DNA from: Octopus sinensis
Lineage: Eukaryota
Direction: 5' to 3'
DNA: 64,000 bases
Assembly (NCBI RefSeq): GCF_006345805.1
Contig: NC_042998.1
Location: 28,210,001 to 28,274,000 of the forward strand
Shown: positions 10,986 through 24,198 of the stretch, one piece after another
Layout: each line of letters begins with the position of its first letter
Numbering within the stretch: position 1 is the first letter of the stretch
Notes under the pieces: generated by a model
What the model was told of the DNA's origin: nothing
Database searches by the model: none
Seen by the model: only the letters and a program-made list of their open reading frames with translations
Made by a program: the position numbers and the translations under genes

Positions 10986-13031
10986 CAACAACAGTAACAT
11001 TTTCTTTATTACCTGCAAACGTCCGAATAGATTACAGGCTAAATGATAAAACGGCTGAACGGTGTTTTAGAAAAGGCGTGTGCGTTGGGCAAAGAAGGTA
11101 CAGAAAAGATGATACAAGGCTTGTATCCTTTCCTATGACTCACCGTTTGATCATGGATTAGAGCACAAATTTATAAACAACTGATTCACGTATGACCTCT
11201 GCTCGTCTTGGTGCCACCTTTTTAATGTTGAGCATTCAGTGCCAAGTACCACAGGCATTGCATTTCTCTATTTGCCCGTGCATCTGTTACAGTTTCCCTT
11301 TATTGGTACACGAATGGTGCTTGGTGATACGGCTCAGAGATTGAGACATGGTAGATCAGTTCTGTTTCTATGTGCTCCAGAATATTTTTTTCAGTCAAGA
11401 GAATGGAATCGTTGTAGATATTTTATCCATACATCTGAGACTGTACTTTGCCTACACTAAAAATTCAATACTGCAGACATTTTAGCAAAATCGTTGCTTC
11501 CATGCTAATATTTTTCTCTTATTTATAGTTTCATAATTATTATTTCTCTCTTTACCTTCTCCGTGTGGGTATGTGTGTGGAGAATGCGTAACACTTGTTT
11601 TAACTTTTATTTCTCTTACACTAATTTGCATCTTGAGATACAATCTGTTTCTTTCATCATCATATTTCTCTGCTTGTATTTTGTTTTGAAGTGGTTTTCA
11701 CTTTTTAAAAAATTCGTTTTTGACTTTTTGAAGTCTCTGTTTACGTTCTGGAGGAATTTTCCAGCACTACTCCCTTCGTTGTTATTAGCATTTCCAGATC
11801 CTTTCAGAGTGGAAGAAGTGGTGGCTATTTGAAAACAAGAAATTCAAATGAAATTCTGTCTGTAAGACAATTCTTTCATCTGTTTCAGTTACTGGAAATA
11901 ATGTATCGACTTTCTAAATTTGTTGTTTGTAAATGTTCCAAGAAGAAAATCTTTCATTCTATAAGACACATAGGAATAATTTAAATATATTTGCATAACT
12001 AAGAAAGACGTTGCACAGCAAAGCAATAATAAGTACAATAATAATAGCAATAACACAAATGTACATATTTAACAAAACAACAACAATAAAAACCCTTTCT
12101 TTATTGCCCACAAATGTCAATGCATGCAATAAAAACTGGATCTGTAGTGTTCTGGACTTCGGCGAATGATCCAAAAATTCCAGCATTAACCGTAGAAGCA
12201 TTTAGTGAAGCAGAATGCGTTAAGTTCAAAATATCTCGTATTTTGGAAGAATTAACCGTATTGTCTCTGCTGCTAGTTTTATCCAAGAAAGAATACATCT
12301 ATAGGAATTATGTGTCTTTGAGGCTTTCATACTGTAGACATTATGCCAGTATCATGAAACACTAACAAAAGCGGTGCCTTATAAACATATGCCAGGAAGG
12401 GCGCAAAGAACAACAAAGTGCGACAATATTCATGATTATAGCAATAACTCAGAAAGAAGAGAGAAGAGGTTGAGAGAGAGAGAGAGAGAGAGAGTGTGTG
12501 TGTATGTGTGTGTGTGTGTGTGTGCGTGTGAGAAGGGAGACAGAGAAAGGGTTTGGGCAGGATAGACGTTAAGGTTCATCGACCAGATATTGTTGTCATG
12601 GACAACTAAGAATGGAAATGCCTTCTAATTGAAGCATCATTCCCAAAAAGCTTTGATATATCTCTCACAGAAACGGAAAAAAATATCAATATATGCAGAT
12701 GTATGAAGGCGATAACACAATATGGAGCGTGAAACCAGAATTATTGTCTATAATGATCGAACAACACGCACAGAAATACATATGTAAAAGCAAAAGATTT
12801 TATATATGTGCACCACACAGGAAATGACACTACTAAACAGAATGCATATATTATGTAGAACACTCGCAATAGAATAGAGAAGACTTTACCAAAAGTAAAG
12901 CACAGCACATAACCGAGTCTCATAGAACTGTATGTAACAGGGCAACTGTCGGGGCAAACATTGAGGGAAAATGGACTGATGTGAAAAAAAGTCTAATTTG
13001 GTGACACAGGACAAAAAATATAAACTATATA

Positions 13032-13193
13032 GGCATAGGTGTGACTATGTGGTAAGTAGTTTGCATACGAACCACATGGTTCCGGGTTCAGTCCCATTGC
13101 GTGGCACTTTGGGTAAGTGTATTCTACTAAAGCCTCGGGTCAACCAAAGCCTTGTGAGTGGATTTGGTAGACAGAAACTGAAAGAAGCCCGTC

Positions 13194-13249
<56 letters not shown>

Positions 13250-13290
13250 GTGTATGTATGTGTGTATATGTTTGTGTGTCTGTGTTTGGG
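13032..13290 (+). mobile_element. SINE S2, 5' half
   Basis: Head ggtaagtagtttgc...ggttcagtccc followed by (TA)n. Confidence 0.8.
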
Positions 13291-13532
13291 TGAGTGGCTC
13301 GAAATCATGAAAATTTGGGTTGATTATCTTCAAACATACATAAATACATACATACATAGATATGCGAATGTGTATGTGTGTATGTGTGTGTGTGTGCGCG
13401 TGCGTGTGTGTATGTGTATGTGTGTGCCCGCACGCGTGCGCGTGTGTACAGCAATGGATTCGAGATTTTGGTTATGTTACGAGTTGATTTCTTAATTTCA
13501 CCGGCGTATAAACACCTATAATTGGTGAAATA

Positions 13533-13743
13533 CAGGGTGCGGCAGAAATACCGCCCACATTTTAAACTTTCACCTATGTGTTGCTAATGAACTTATGCAA
13601 GTGCCAATGTTATCTTCATTTAGCTAATGAACAAACTCTGTTACCCTTTGTTTAAACAACAGTAGGATCAATTTTTCATAAATATTGTTTCTTTTTCCTT
13701 TTGTCGCCCTTCCAAATGTGGAACGTATTTCTGCCGCACCTGG
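13533..13743. mobile_element. Tc1/mariner-type MITE, 211 bp
   Basis: TIR cagggtgcggcagaaatac / gtatttctgccgcacctgg, TA on both sides. Confidence 0.8.
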
Positions 13744-14049
13744 TATTTCTCAAATTCTATGCAATATTTTCTATAAGTATTTCATTTTCTTTGCTTTCAA
13801 GGAGATGAAGAGAACCCTACATTATAGTATTCCCTGTCAGATGTGGGAGACATTATTCCACGTAGCCATCGCGGTACTTGTCTGCTTTTTTCCTTTTATC
13901 GATTCTGTAAAGATGAATGGTAAAGTCGACCTCGATGGCGTCTAAACACATGAAGTAAAGTGACAAAACAAAAGCCGCAAGGCGTTTGATCTTGATGCTG
14001 TAAATTTGTGTCGATCCATCCACATCTCTCAGTATCAACGATGATCTTG

Positions 14050-14102
14050 CTGCCGCCGCCGCCACTACTACTGCTGCTACTGCTACTACTACTACTACTA
14101 TA

Positions 14103-14149
<47 letters not shown>

Positions 14150-14156
14150 ACTACTA

Positions 14157-14227
<71 letters not shown>

Positions 14228-14333
14228 GCTGCTACTACTACTACTACTACATATAATAATAATAATAACAACAGAAATAATAAAAATGATAGTAATAATA
14301 ATATTAATAATGGTGATAATATTAATAATAATG

Positions 14334-14367
<34 letters not shown>

Positions 14368-14482
14368 TAATAATAATGATGATGATGATGATAATAACAT
14401 GAAGAAGAAAGAGGAAGAGAAGAAGGAGAAGAAGAAGAAGAAGAAGAAGAAGACAAGAAGAAGAAAGTGGAAGAAGAAGGAA
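14050..14482. repeat. Compound trinucleotide tract (CTA/CTG, ATA, GAT, GAA)
   Basis: Direct runs. Confidence 0.95.
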
Positions 14483-15001
14483 GTTTAACTGAAGGAATAT
14501 ATTAGAAAATTAAAAAGACCAGATGTAATGTAGTCTTCTATGTGAAGCCCATCGTCGCATGTATGTGGTCGCATTTACAGAATATATGACGAAAGAAGAA
14601 AGCATGATAAATGGGATTGTTAACCTTACGCACAAAAATAAGTTAGAAGGGAAGTGATGTTAGGAAATTTAGATTTATTACAAGTTCACTTCTGATATTG
14701 GAACTACAGATAATGTTCACATATTATGAAATATATTCTGCTAGAAATGGCAAACCCAGAACACGAGGGAAGAGACCACGTTGAAGATATAAATTTCAGC
14801 AAAGTGAATCTATCTTTACAGTTTGGGTTTTATTGAGACTACGTTGACTGAACAGGCATTTGGTTAAATGTATTTCAGCTGTGAACTCAGCAACTTTTCA
14901 GGGTTGCATCTAGGTTCAATTTATAAAATCAGATTGATGTTAACACTTCTGATGAGAATTCAATAAGATTCAAATATCAATTAAAGTTGATCATATTTTT
15001 A

Positions 15002-15390
15002 GGCGCAAGAGTGGCTCTGTGATAAGTAACTTGCTTACCAACCACATGGTCTGGGTTCAGTCCCACTGCGTGGCACCTTGGGCATGTGTCATCTAACTAT
15101 AGCCTCGGGCCGACCAAAGCCTTGTGAGTGGATTTGGTTGACGGAAACTGAAAGGAGCTCGTCGTATATATGTATACATACGTATGGATATGTGTGTATA
15201 TGTTTGCATGTCTGTGTTTGTCCCCCCAACGTCGCTGGTATGTTTACGTCCCCGTAACTTAGCTCTTCGGTAAAAAGAGAACGATAGAATAAGTACTAGG
15301 CTTACATAGAATAAGTCCTGGGTTCGATTTGCTCGACTAAAGGCGCTGCTCCAGCATGACCTCGGTCAAGTGACTGAAACAAGTAAAAGA
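15002..15390 (+). mobile_element. SINE S2, full length
   Basis: tRNA-like head, ccttgggca core, gactgaaacaagtaaaaga tail. Confidence 0.85.
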
Positions 15391-16427
15391 TTTTCTTTAT
15401 GTGCAATCTGAGGAAGATCTGGCTGCTATATTTTGGCCACCAGCAGATATGTAGAGGCTCCTTTGTTAAGGACAGGTTATATCGTACAGTGCAGAAGAAA
15501 TTACGTAACGTTTGCAGAATTCCTTTGCCACCCGATAGTTGTAAAGTTCATAGAATCTACACTTTGGCTTTGAAGTAAAATTGTTGTAATACAGAGATAT
15601 ATTATTACCAACTGTAGTGGCTACATAAAGGCATAATTTAGCAAACATACTTCTTCAAATGAAAACAAACAAACAATAATAATCTATACTAAAAAGTATT
15701 AGAGTATTTTGTACTAGGAAAAGACGGAAAATATTATATTAAGATTAAGTCTTTGTTCCTCTTCGCTGCTTTTGCTTCCCTCCGATTTGTGTCTAGAAGT
15801 GCTATAAAACGTCAAGCATGAAGAAAAGTTCAATGAAATTCGAAGCCATAAAATGCCCGAAATTAAACAATGGTAACCAAATTATATTTATTCATAGACA
15901 AAACAAATTTGAAACTTTAAAAAGTAAGTTATGTGCATATTTGAAGAAAACAAAAAAAAAAAAAATTAATGTAAATGTTCACAATGAATGGCCATATACC
16001 GCAGGGTTTTAGAACTTATTTTCCAGTGAATAAGGATAATAGAGGTGAACGACAAAAAACAATGAGTTTTACAGTTAAGTGCAAATGGAATCTTAATATA
16101 GAATGGAGACTACAATTCAATGTAGTTAAAGGGGCTGATATACAATGTTAATATAAAACGTACAGTATTTTTCAGTACAAACGATAACAAAACATAAATC
16201 TATCAAGCTTTATAGTGAACCTGACCTGAAATGTGTATTATATCCTGCAGCCCAAATCGAAATCCATAAAAGAAAAACATAGTAACAGGAATTAATGGCT
16301 GAATACAAAGTCACCAAACGTGTTTATTTTTGTTGTTCTGTTTTCTTTTTTTTTTTTTTGTAAGCTGAAAAATGTAAACAGGCCCGAGAGGTTTAGTAAA
16401 AAATATATATATATATATAACTGTTTC

Positions 16428-17182
16428 AAGGCGGCTAGTTGGCAGAAACGTTAGTACGCCGGGCGAAATGCGTAGCCGTATTTCGTCTGCCGTTTCGTTC
16501 TGAGTTCAAATTCCGCCGACGGCGACTTTGCCTTTTATCCTTTCGGGGTCGATAAATTAAGTACCAGTGATGCACTGGAGTCGATATAATCGACTTAATC
16601 CGTTTGTCTGTCCTTGTTTGTCCCCTCTATGTTTAGCCCCTTGTGGGTAGTAAAGAAATAGGTATTTCATCTGTCTTTACGTTTCAAGGCGGCGAGCTGG
16701 CAGAAACATTAGCACGCCGGGCGAAATGCGTAGCCGTATTTCGTCTGCCGTTACGCTCTGAGTTCAAATTCCGCCGAGGTCGACTTTGCCTTTCATCCTT
16801 TCGGGGTTGATAAATTAAGTACCAGTTACGCACTGGGGTCGATGTAATCGACTTAATCCGTTTGTCTGTCCTTGTTTGTCCCCTCTATGTTTAGCCCCTT
16901 GTGGGTAGTAAAGAAGTAAAGAAATAGGTATTTCATCTGTCTTTACGTTTCAAGGCGGCGAGCTGGCAGAAACATTAGCACGCCGGGCGAAATGCGTAGC
17001 CGTATTTCGTCTGCCGTTACGCTCTGAGTTCAAATTCCGCCGAGGTCGACTTTGCCTTTCATCCTTTCGGGGTTGATAAATTAAGTACCAGTTACGCACT
17101 GGGGTCGATGTAATCGACTTAATCCGTTTGTCTGTCCTTGTTTGTCCCCTCTATGTTTAGCCCCTTGTGGGTAGTAAAGAAA
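16428..17182 (+). mobile_element. Head-to-tail trimer of SINE S1 with long flanking direct repeat
   Basis: Units start at 16428, 16686 and 16952; tagtaaa(a/g)aaa(ta)n-actgtttc on both sides. Confidence 0.9.
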
Positions 17183-18098
17183 TATATATATATATATAAC
17201 TGTTTCTAGGAGAAACCATTATAAAGAATACGTTGGCAACAATGTCCAGTCTATTTTAGAAGAATTACGTATATAGCTACATGATGTAAAAGGCTGAAGG
17301 ATAATTGTTATAAATATGTCGCAACTCTTGGATACCACTTGCATTGTTTTGAAGATATACATGCACACATAAACATATCGTTTAATATTAATGCGCGTTA
17401 TATATCTCAATATTTACTGAGATTATGCGGTTAAATGAAAATGTCTGCAGTTACAACAATAAAGCCTTAAGCACACATACCTGAAGCAAAACATGTATCC
17501 AGTTATTAAGAATCCAGTATGATCCATTACAATGCAAAGTCGTCCACACAGAATGTGTATTAATGTTAATATGCTCTTATAATACGACGAGATTATGCGG
17601 TTAAATGGAAATGTCAGTGATTATAGCAACAGGGCTTTAAGCAAATACATCGTTCGGTTAAACCCTAGCATTGAGCGAATTATAATTCCTCAAAAGTTAC
17701 TCTGGTTTCATTATATACACGCATGGTTGTGCTTGGTTGTTTGTTATCGAGCTACCTTTTCTTTACATATATTCTAATATTTGTTTTTGTTTTTTTTTTT
17801 CTAGAATTAATGTATTGTTTATCCAAAAATATTGCCTGTTCGATTCGGAATGCCTATATTTACTACAAGCTTAGGATCGAAAATAAGATGGAATTGCTAA
17901 GTCTCTTAGTATCCTGGGTAGTTTTGTAGCTGAGCAGAACTTTTTTTAGTCGTAGATCTTTAGAACGCAGTTAAAGCAAATATAGTTTACAAGCAATTCG
18001 AAGTCACTTTTTGCCATTACAAAATCAACAACGTTAAGGCCTATTCCATGCTGCTGCAGCTGATGAGGACGATAATGAAGGTCACTGTAGAAGCAAAT

Positions 18099-18146
<48 letters not shown>

Positions 18147-18347
18147 ACAACAACAACAGCAATAATAATATGTTTTACTATAGGCACACGGCCCGAAATT
18201 TGGTTGAGGGGAGGGGCTAATCGATTACATCGACCTCAGTACACCGCTGATATTTATTTCCCCAAAAGGATGAAAGACAAAGTTGACCTCGGCCGAATGC
18301 CACTAAGCATTTTGCCGGCGTGCTAAGTATTCCGCCAGTTCGACGCC

Positions 18348-18403
<56 letters not shown>

Positions 18404-18427
18404 TATAATAATAATAATAATATAATA

Positions 18428-18490
<63 letters not shown>

Positions 18491-18492
<2 letters not shown>

Positions 18493-18725
18493 TTCAGGGA
18501 CCTTTAGAGCGGGATGGGTTACTCGATCTGAAGAAAATTCTAACTGGCTCCACCTGCAAGGTCATGTGCTGTTTATCTTGATATGAAATCACCATGTCGC
18601 GCACATATGGTTGTGATGCATGTGCCTGGTGTACCCTTATCAGACGGGTAGTCATGATGGGTATACTGGGCTTCGTATATTTTACCCCAGTGTCACTTCG
18701 ATGGCATGCTCTGCTCGCTCACTCA
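18491..18725 (-). mobile_element. Interspersed repeat embedded in (TAA)n, possibly the 5' region of an R4/Dong-type LINE or a dependent SINE
   Basis: Reverse complement of 51677-51865; (AAT)n on both sides; family assignment is inference. Confidence 0.6.
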
Positions 18726-18750
18726 ATAATAATAATAATAATAATAATAA

Positions 18751-19135
18751 TCTATATATATAAAGCTGAAGTTGTCTGTGTGTGGCATGTTTGGTAACCT
18801 TCAACTAACACTATCTCCTCTGAGACCCTGCGGCGCAAGTTGACCAAAATTGAGAGTATTGATAGAAAAAGGCTTGCTCTTCCTTCCGTAGAAGAAAAAA
18901 TTCAAATCGGACCTGGTTAACACCAAAAATTATTTACACGAACAAGGTGCTTTTTTTCTATGAAAATCCCTACTTTTTACGATATTTTGACTGCTGTGTC
19001 GCCATTTTTCACTGTATTTCAACCAGAAAAATGTTCACTTAAAGAGAATATCAAGCTACATAAATGTTTACTTTTCAAAAATTCTAATTCTAAAGGGTTG
19101 AAACAAACCCGAGCAACGCTGGACGATACTACTAG
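18751..19135 (+). mobile_element. Non-autonomous Helitron, copy 2
   Basis: A|TC...cccgagcaacgctgg...CTAG|T. Confidence 0.85.
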
Positions 19136-19194
19136 TAATAATAATTATGATAATGATAATCCTTTCTACTGGAGACACAAGGCCTCAAATTTCT

Positions 19195-19365
19195 GTGTGT
19201 GGGGGGAATAGTCGATTACATGAACCCCAGTTTTTCACTAGTACTTGATCTGTCGACCCCAAATGGCTGAAAGGCAAAATCGACATCAGCGGAATTTGAA
19301 CTTAGAACGTAAGGACTGACGAAATGCCGCTAAGCATTTTTGCCGGCATGCTAACTCTTCTGCCA
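19195..19365 (-). mobile_element. SINE S1-related, diverged
   Basis: Reverse complement of the S1 head and core. Confidence 0.7.
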
Positions 19366-21225
19366 ATTATATTTTCTACTTTAGCGTTTGTTATATAAAA
19401 ATTGTTAAAAGAAGTGGTGTATAAGTAGGGTTTCTTTTTGGCCTTGGAATGGGTCTTTTTTCGTCTTTGCTATTTATACCGATATGAAATGAACAACAAT
19501 TATCCGCAATAAAAAAGTGAGCAGACGCTTAATTTTCACTGTATCTTGTGTTTGTGAAAGTTACCTTTTAGATTTTTCACGTATATTTAGGTTAAGTTTT
19601 GTGCAACGACATTATCTGAAAAGTGTTACTGGAATTGTTTATGTAATATATTCATAAATATAATTAGAAAATCTTAAATATATAAGTGTTAGTCAAGAAA
19701 TATAATTTGAAGCGAAAACTTTATATTTAGTTCGTATATTTATAACTCAAAATGCTTTCTACTTCATTTTTCATTTATGATTTATAAGTGGGACCGTATA
19801 AAAGAATCTCGTTCATTACAATACAAGTACACGAATCCCTGAGAATCACAATTTTGAATGCGTATATTTATTTTGAACACGTCCCAATGCATTAGAACCT
19901 AAACTGTTTTTGCACTGACAATTTGTCTCCAAGGAAAACTTCCTCCCCGTAGAATGTTTTTAAAAAGACATTCTATAAGGAGGAAATTGATCTACGATAT
20001 GAAGCATTGCCGCGAATGCCACCCTCGTTCTGACGTGTAAGAATGTGTTATTTCAGGTTTAAATAACTTTGATTATACAATATGGTTACCATTAAAATAT
20101 AGATTGGATCTAAGCTGGCAATGATGAATGGAGTCGCAGAACCTATCTCTCATTGTTGTTGGTCCTCTGTCAGCTCTTGTAGATTATATCACACAAGGAA
20201 GATGGAAAGACGATATTGCTTGTGCAATAGCTTGATTTTATATTAGAGTTAGCTGAGGTAAGTCATTTTAGCGCTACAGACAAAATCTTTTTACTAGAGT
20301 CGGATACATGATAAGTACAATCTTTGGCGGTATTCTCAATATCAAGTAAATACCTTCAAAATGACAAATCTACATAATCATGTTTGTATGTGCAAGATTT
20401 CATAATATCAGGATTCGAAGTGGTTCCTAATGTTATGTAAAGTGACAATATGTGGAAAAAGAGAGACATATGATTTCTTGTTAGGTAAACCTGCTAGTTT
20501 CAGCATAAAAGGGACTGGCATACTGTTTTCTCGAGCCTTTCCTTTTATCATTACATGTAGGGATAATAGAAATAAAACGCAAAAAAACCTAAACAAATAA
20601 GAATTAAATTTTTTAATTTGCATCTGAAACAACAAGACAAGAGGATTAAATCAGAAGACTCCTTTTAGAAAGTTTTCTTGGGCAGAATATGGGAGTCCAT
20701 TCTGATAATTTATAGTCTTGCATATTTTAGATCTTCGTGCACGAATCTAACCGGTTATATAGAACTACTAGAAACTAATACGAACTACTGTCCATGTTTC
20801 TGGTCAGGAAATTTACCTCATCAGAGGGAGCGATTCCTCTTGTAGTTAGAGCTTCAATTTCTTTTGTACAAAGTCATAGACATAATGCAACCATATTATT
20901 GCCCTTTTTAAAATAATTATTTTCTTATCATTGGATATTCATCACAGACACAAATTCATTAGAGGTCCTCGAGAGTCAATCAGGGTATTTAGAGAAAATA
21001 AAAGTTATATGTCAAATACTTTTTCCATTAAAAGGTAATAACGTTAATTATGTTTATGAATTATAGTGTTTGATATAGTTTAGACAACATATATAAAAGA
21101 AGTTTAAAGAAAACCTTTTACCCTTAATTAGCACATTCTTGACTTTTTAATGATGTATATTTAGATAATCTCACTTTACGCCTAATTAAAACTTAACGAA
21201 TTAATCATAGTAATTTTAAAATATA

Positions 21226-22450
21226 TTACGTCATCCCATAAATAATGCGGTTTTTTTTAACATACTTCTTTTATTTTTCAAAATCAAGATAAAGTTATAT
21301 TTTGATCTAAAATATACACTCCATTATTTTCTACAATGCTCTTCCATCTATGTGGGAGAGTTGTAAGGCCCCTCTTCCAAAATTTACTTGTCCGTGCCGA
21401 AAAACACTCTTCCGGTAGTGCTCTGACCCCGTGTACAGAAGTCATATTTTTTCCATTCAAATGATTTTGAAGACTGCAGAATAAATGATAAATGATAATC
21501 AATGACCTGCGAATATGATGGGTGGGAAACCGTTTCCCATTCAAACTACTCCAGCCTTTGGAATGTCATCCTCGCTGTATGTGGCCGAGCATTATCCTGA
21601 TGGAAGAACGCATTTCGTCTTGAAACCAAAGATGGTTGTTTATCTTCTATCGCTGACTTAAGCCGCTCAAGTTGCTCGCAGTAGATCTTCTTTATTATCG
21701 TTTGGTTTGGGTTTAAAAGTTCAAACTGGACTAAACCTTTCATATCTCACCAAACAGATAACAACACTTTACGTAAGTGAAGACCTTCTTTAGCCTGGGG
21801 TGCAGCTGTTTCTCCTTTCTCCACCCACTATCTTCGGCGCTTGACATTTTTATAGAGAACCCATGTCTCGTCATTAGTCACTATTAGGTCCAAAAAACGT
21901 TCATACTTGAGACGTCACAACAAAGAAGAGCACACATTCAATCTCTGAGCTCGATTAGACTCTGAAAGTTTATGAGGAACCTATTGACCGAATTTGCTGA
22001 TTTTCTGATAGCACAGGAGGTATCGATGGAATTTTGTTACACCAGGGTTTGCAGGACGTCCTCGTGGATCTCTACAGATCTGCCAGGGCGAGTCTCGTCT
22101 TCTAGGCTGTAGTTTTCGGCTCGGATTTTCTGGAACCACCGTTGACACTATCTTACACTTATTGCCCGATCCCCATATACTGCATTAACATTCCTCGCGC
22201 TTTCCGTTGCGTTGTTGCCTTTATTGAACTTATAAAGCAAAATATGCCGAATATACTCCTTTGTCATTCCATTATAGCTTTGAAAATATAACTGTTAAAA
22301 TCTAACCGCACTCTTCAAAGCTTGCACTATGAATAAGTAGAAGATAAAATTACTACCTGCTTTATAGCAAGTTGATGCAGGTAGTTTATCCCGCCCACCT
22401 CCGGCTTTTAGTTCATGCAGTTGAAAGAACCGCATTATCTAATTCCATAA
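21226..22450 (-). mobile_element. Degenerate full-span mariner transposon
   Basis: Imperfect TIRs with ataatgcggtt, TA flanks; MTKEYIRHILLYKFNKG N-terminus and HQDNARPH motif; stops and frameshifts. Confidence 0.9.
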
Positions 22451-22744
22451 TATATGGGAAGGCCCAATATATGCAGATGCATTAAGCACTGCTCAGGTTA
22501 TATTTCAATACGTCCATTTGCAGTGCATCTACCTAATATCTTCCAGTCCATCAATATAATTCAAGACAATATCATTGTTCTCTCTACTTTGAGAATAGTC
22601 TTATTGATTATTATATTTAGTACAGCTTTTAATGGTTCACGACTGAAAAGTGATATCATTCATCGATCTATTTCCATCAGTGAACGCTTCGTTTCAGCGT
22701 ACTTGATGTCTATGATATAGCCAAATAAATGCTATTAACAGTTA

Positions 22745-22986
22745 GTCATATCTAAATCTATGTGTGAGAGTAGTTTAACTACTGAAATAATTAGAATAAA
22801 TTTAACGTTAACCAACATTAGGGGCTACAGCCTATGACGGTTCTGTTAAGCCTATAAGTCTATGATGGTAGGTCATATCTAAATCTATGTGTGAGAGTAG
22901 TTTAACTATTGAAATAATTAGAATAACTTTAATGTTAACCAACAATAGGGGCTACAGCCTATGACGGTTCTGTTAAACCTATAAGC
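22745..22986 (+). repeat. Tandem duplication of ~115 bp, period 127
   Basis: gtcatatctaaatctatgtg...ctataag twice. Confidence 0.9.
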
Positions 22987-23098
22987 TTAACAGGATTTTA
23001 ACAGATGTTTATGGTTTAGTCAACGGTGAAAAGGCGTCACTGAATCTTATTTTAAGCCTTTTAGACAATGATAGTTAGCGTCACGATGTATAATTAAA

Positions 23099-23413
23099 TT
23101 GGGCGACGATTTATATAATTTCTTATCCTCAACAGGCCCTGCCCTATTTAACATTGTCCCGAAAGAGATCAAAGAGGAAAAGGATCCCATCAACTTTAAA
23201 CGGAGTCTGGATAGATTCCTTCAAGGAATACCAGATGAGCCACCCATAATTGGATACAACTCACCCAACAAAAACTCACTACTTGAATGGACCATAAACA
23301 AAACTTGACTTAAAGAGGATTTAGATAATCCTATCAGGTGGTGCTATTAAGTTAGACATTGGCTGGACCAATCTTTGGTCGAAACATATCTAAGTTTTAT
23401 GTAAGTTTTATAC
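23099..23413 (+). mobile_element. 3' end of a CR1/L2-group LINE (5'-truncated)
   Basis: GPALFNIVPKEIK..FKRSLDRFLQGIPDEP..GY..NSLL C-terminal motif; short tandem tail taagtttta. Confidence 0.75.
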
Positions 23414-23809
23414 AAATAATCTGTTCATTAATGTCGAAAAGAACGCGCGTAGAGTGTTGCCTAAACCTACTGTAAGAAAACCATGCTAGAATTTGTGGAA
23501 TAGTAAGGTCACTGAAATTTAATACCGAAGGCCTTCGAATATTGGTTTCAAACTTTGGCACAAGATCAGCTATTTTGGGGAGAGGGTAAAGCAATTATAT
23601 CGACCTCAGTTCTCAGCTGATGCATATTTTATCGACCTTAAAGTATGACAGGCAAAATCGATCTCGGCGGAATATGAACTCGGAACGTAACGCCGGGAGA
23701 AATGCCGCTAACGATTTGCTGCCTTAAGATCTACGGATATTAAATGCCATAAGATCTATGAATACTGAATGCAACATCACACTTACTCGTACATAAGTAT
23801 TTAGATTTT

Positions 23810-24198
23810 CTAACAGTATCGCCCGGCGTTGCTCGGATTTGTTTCGACCCTTTACAATTGGAATTTTTGAAAAGTAAACATGTTGCATTATGTAGCTTGT
23901 TATTATCTTTAAGTGAACATTTTTCTGGTTGAAATACACAGAAAAATGGCGACACAGCAGTAAAAAAATCGTAAAAAATAGGGATCTTCATAGAAAAAAA
24001 GCACCTTTTTGATGTAAAGGATTTTTGGTGTTAACATGGTCCGATTTGAATTTTTTCTTCTACGGAAGGAAGAGCAAGCCTTCTATCATACTCTCAATTT
24101 TTGTCAACTTGCGCCGCAGAGTCTCGGAGGAGATAGTGTTAGTTGAAGGCTATCAAACCTGCCGTACACAGACAACTTCAGCTTTATTTAGAGAAAGA
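23810..24198 (-). mobile_element. Non-autonomous Helitron, copy 3
   Basis: Reverse complement of 5388-5787; terminal CTAG mutated to TTAG. Confidence 0.8.

Noticed and set aside
16428-17182. CRISPR-like repeat array
   Set aside because: The units are 260 bp SINE copies with no unique spacers or cas genes; the context is eukaryotic.
20770-20830. Minus-strand CTGATGA...GAAA
   Set aside because: Helix II is only 3 bp and I found no compatible helix I/III or NUH site.
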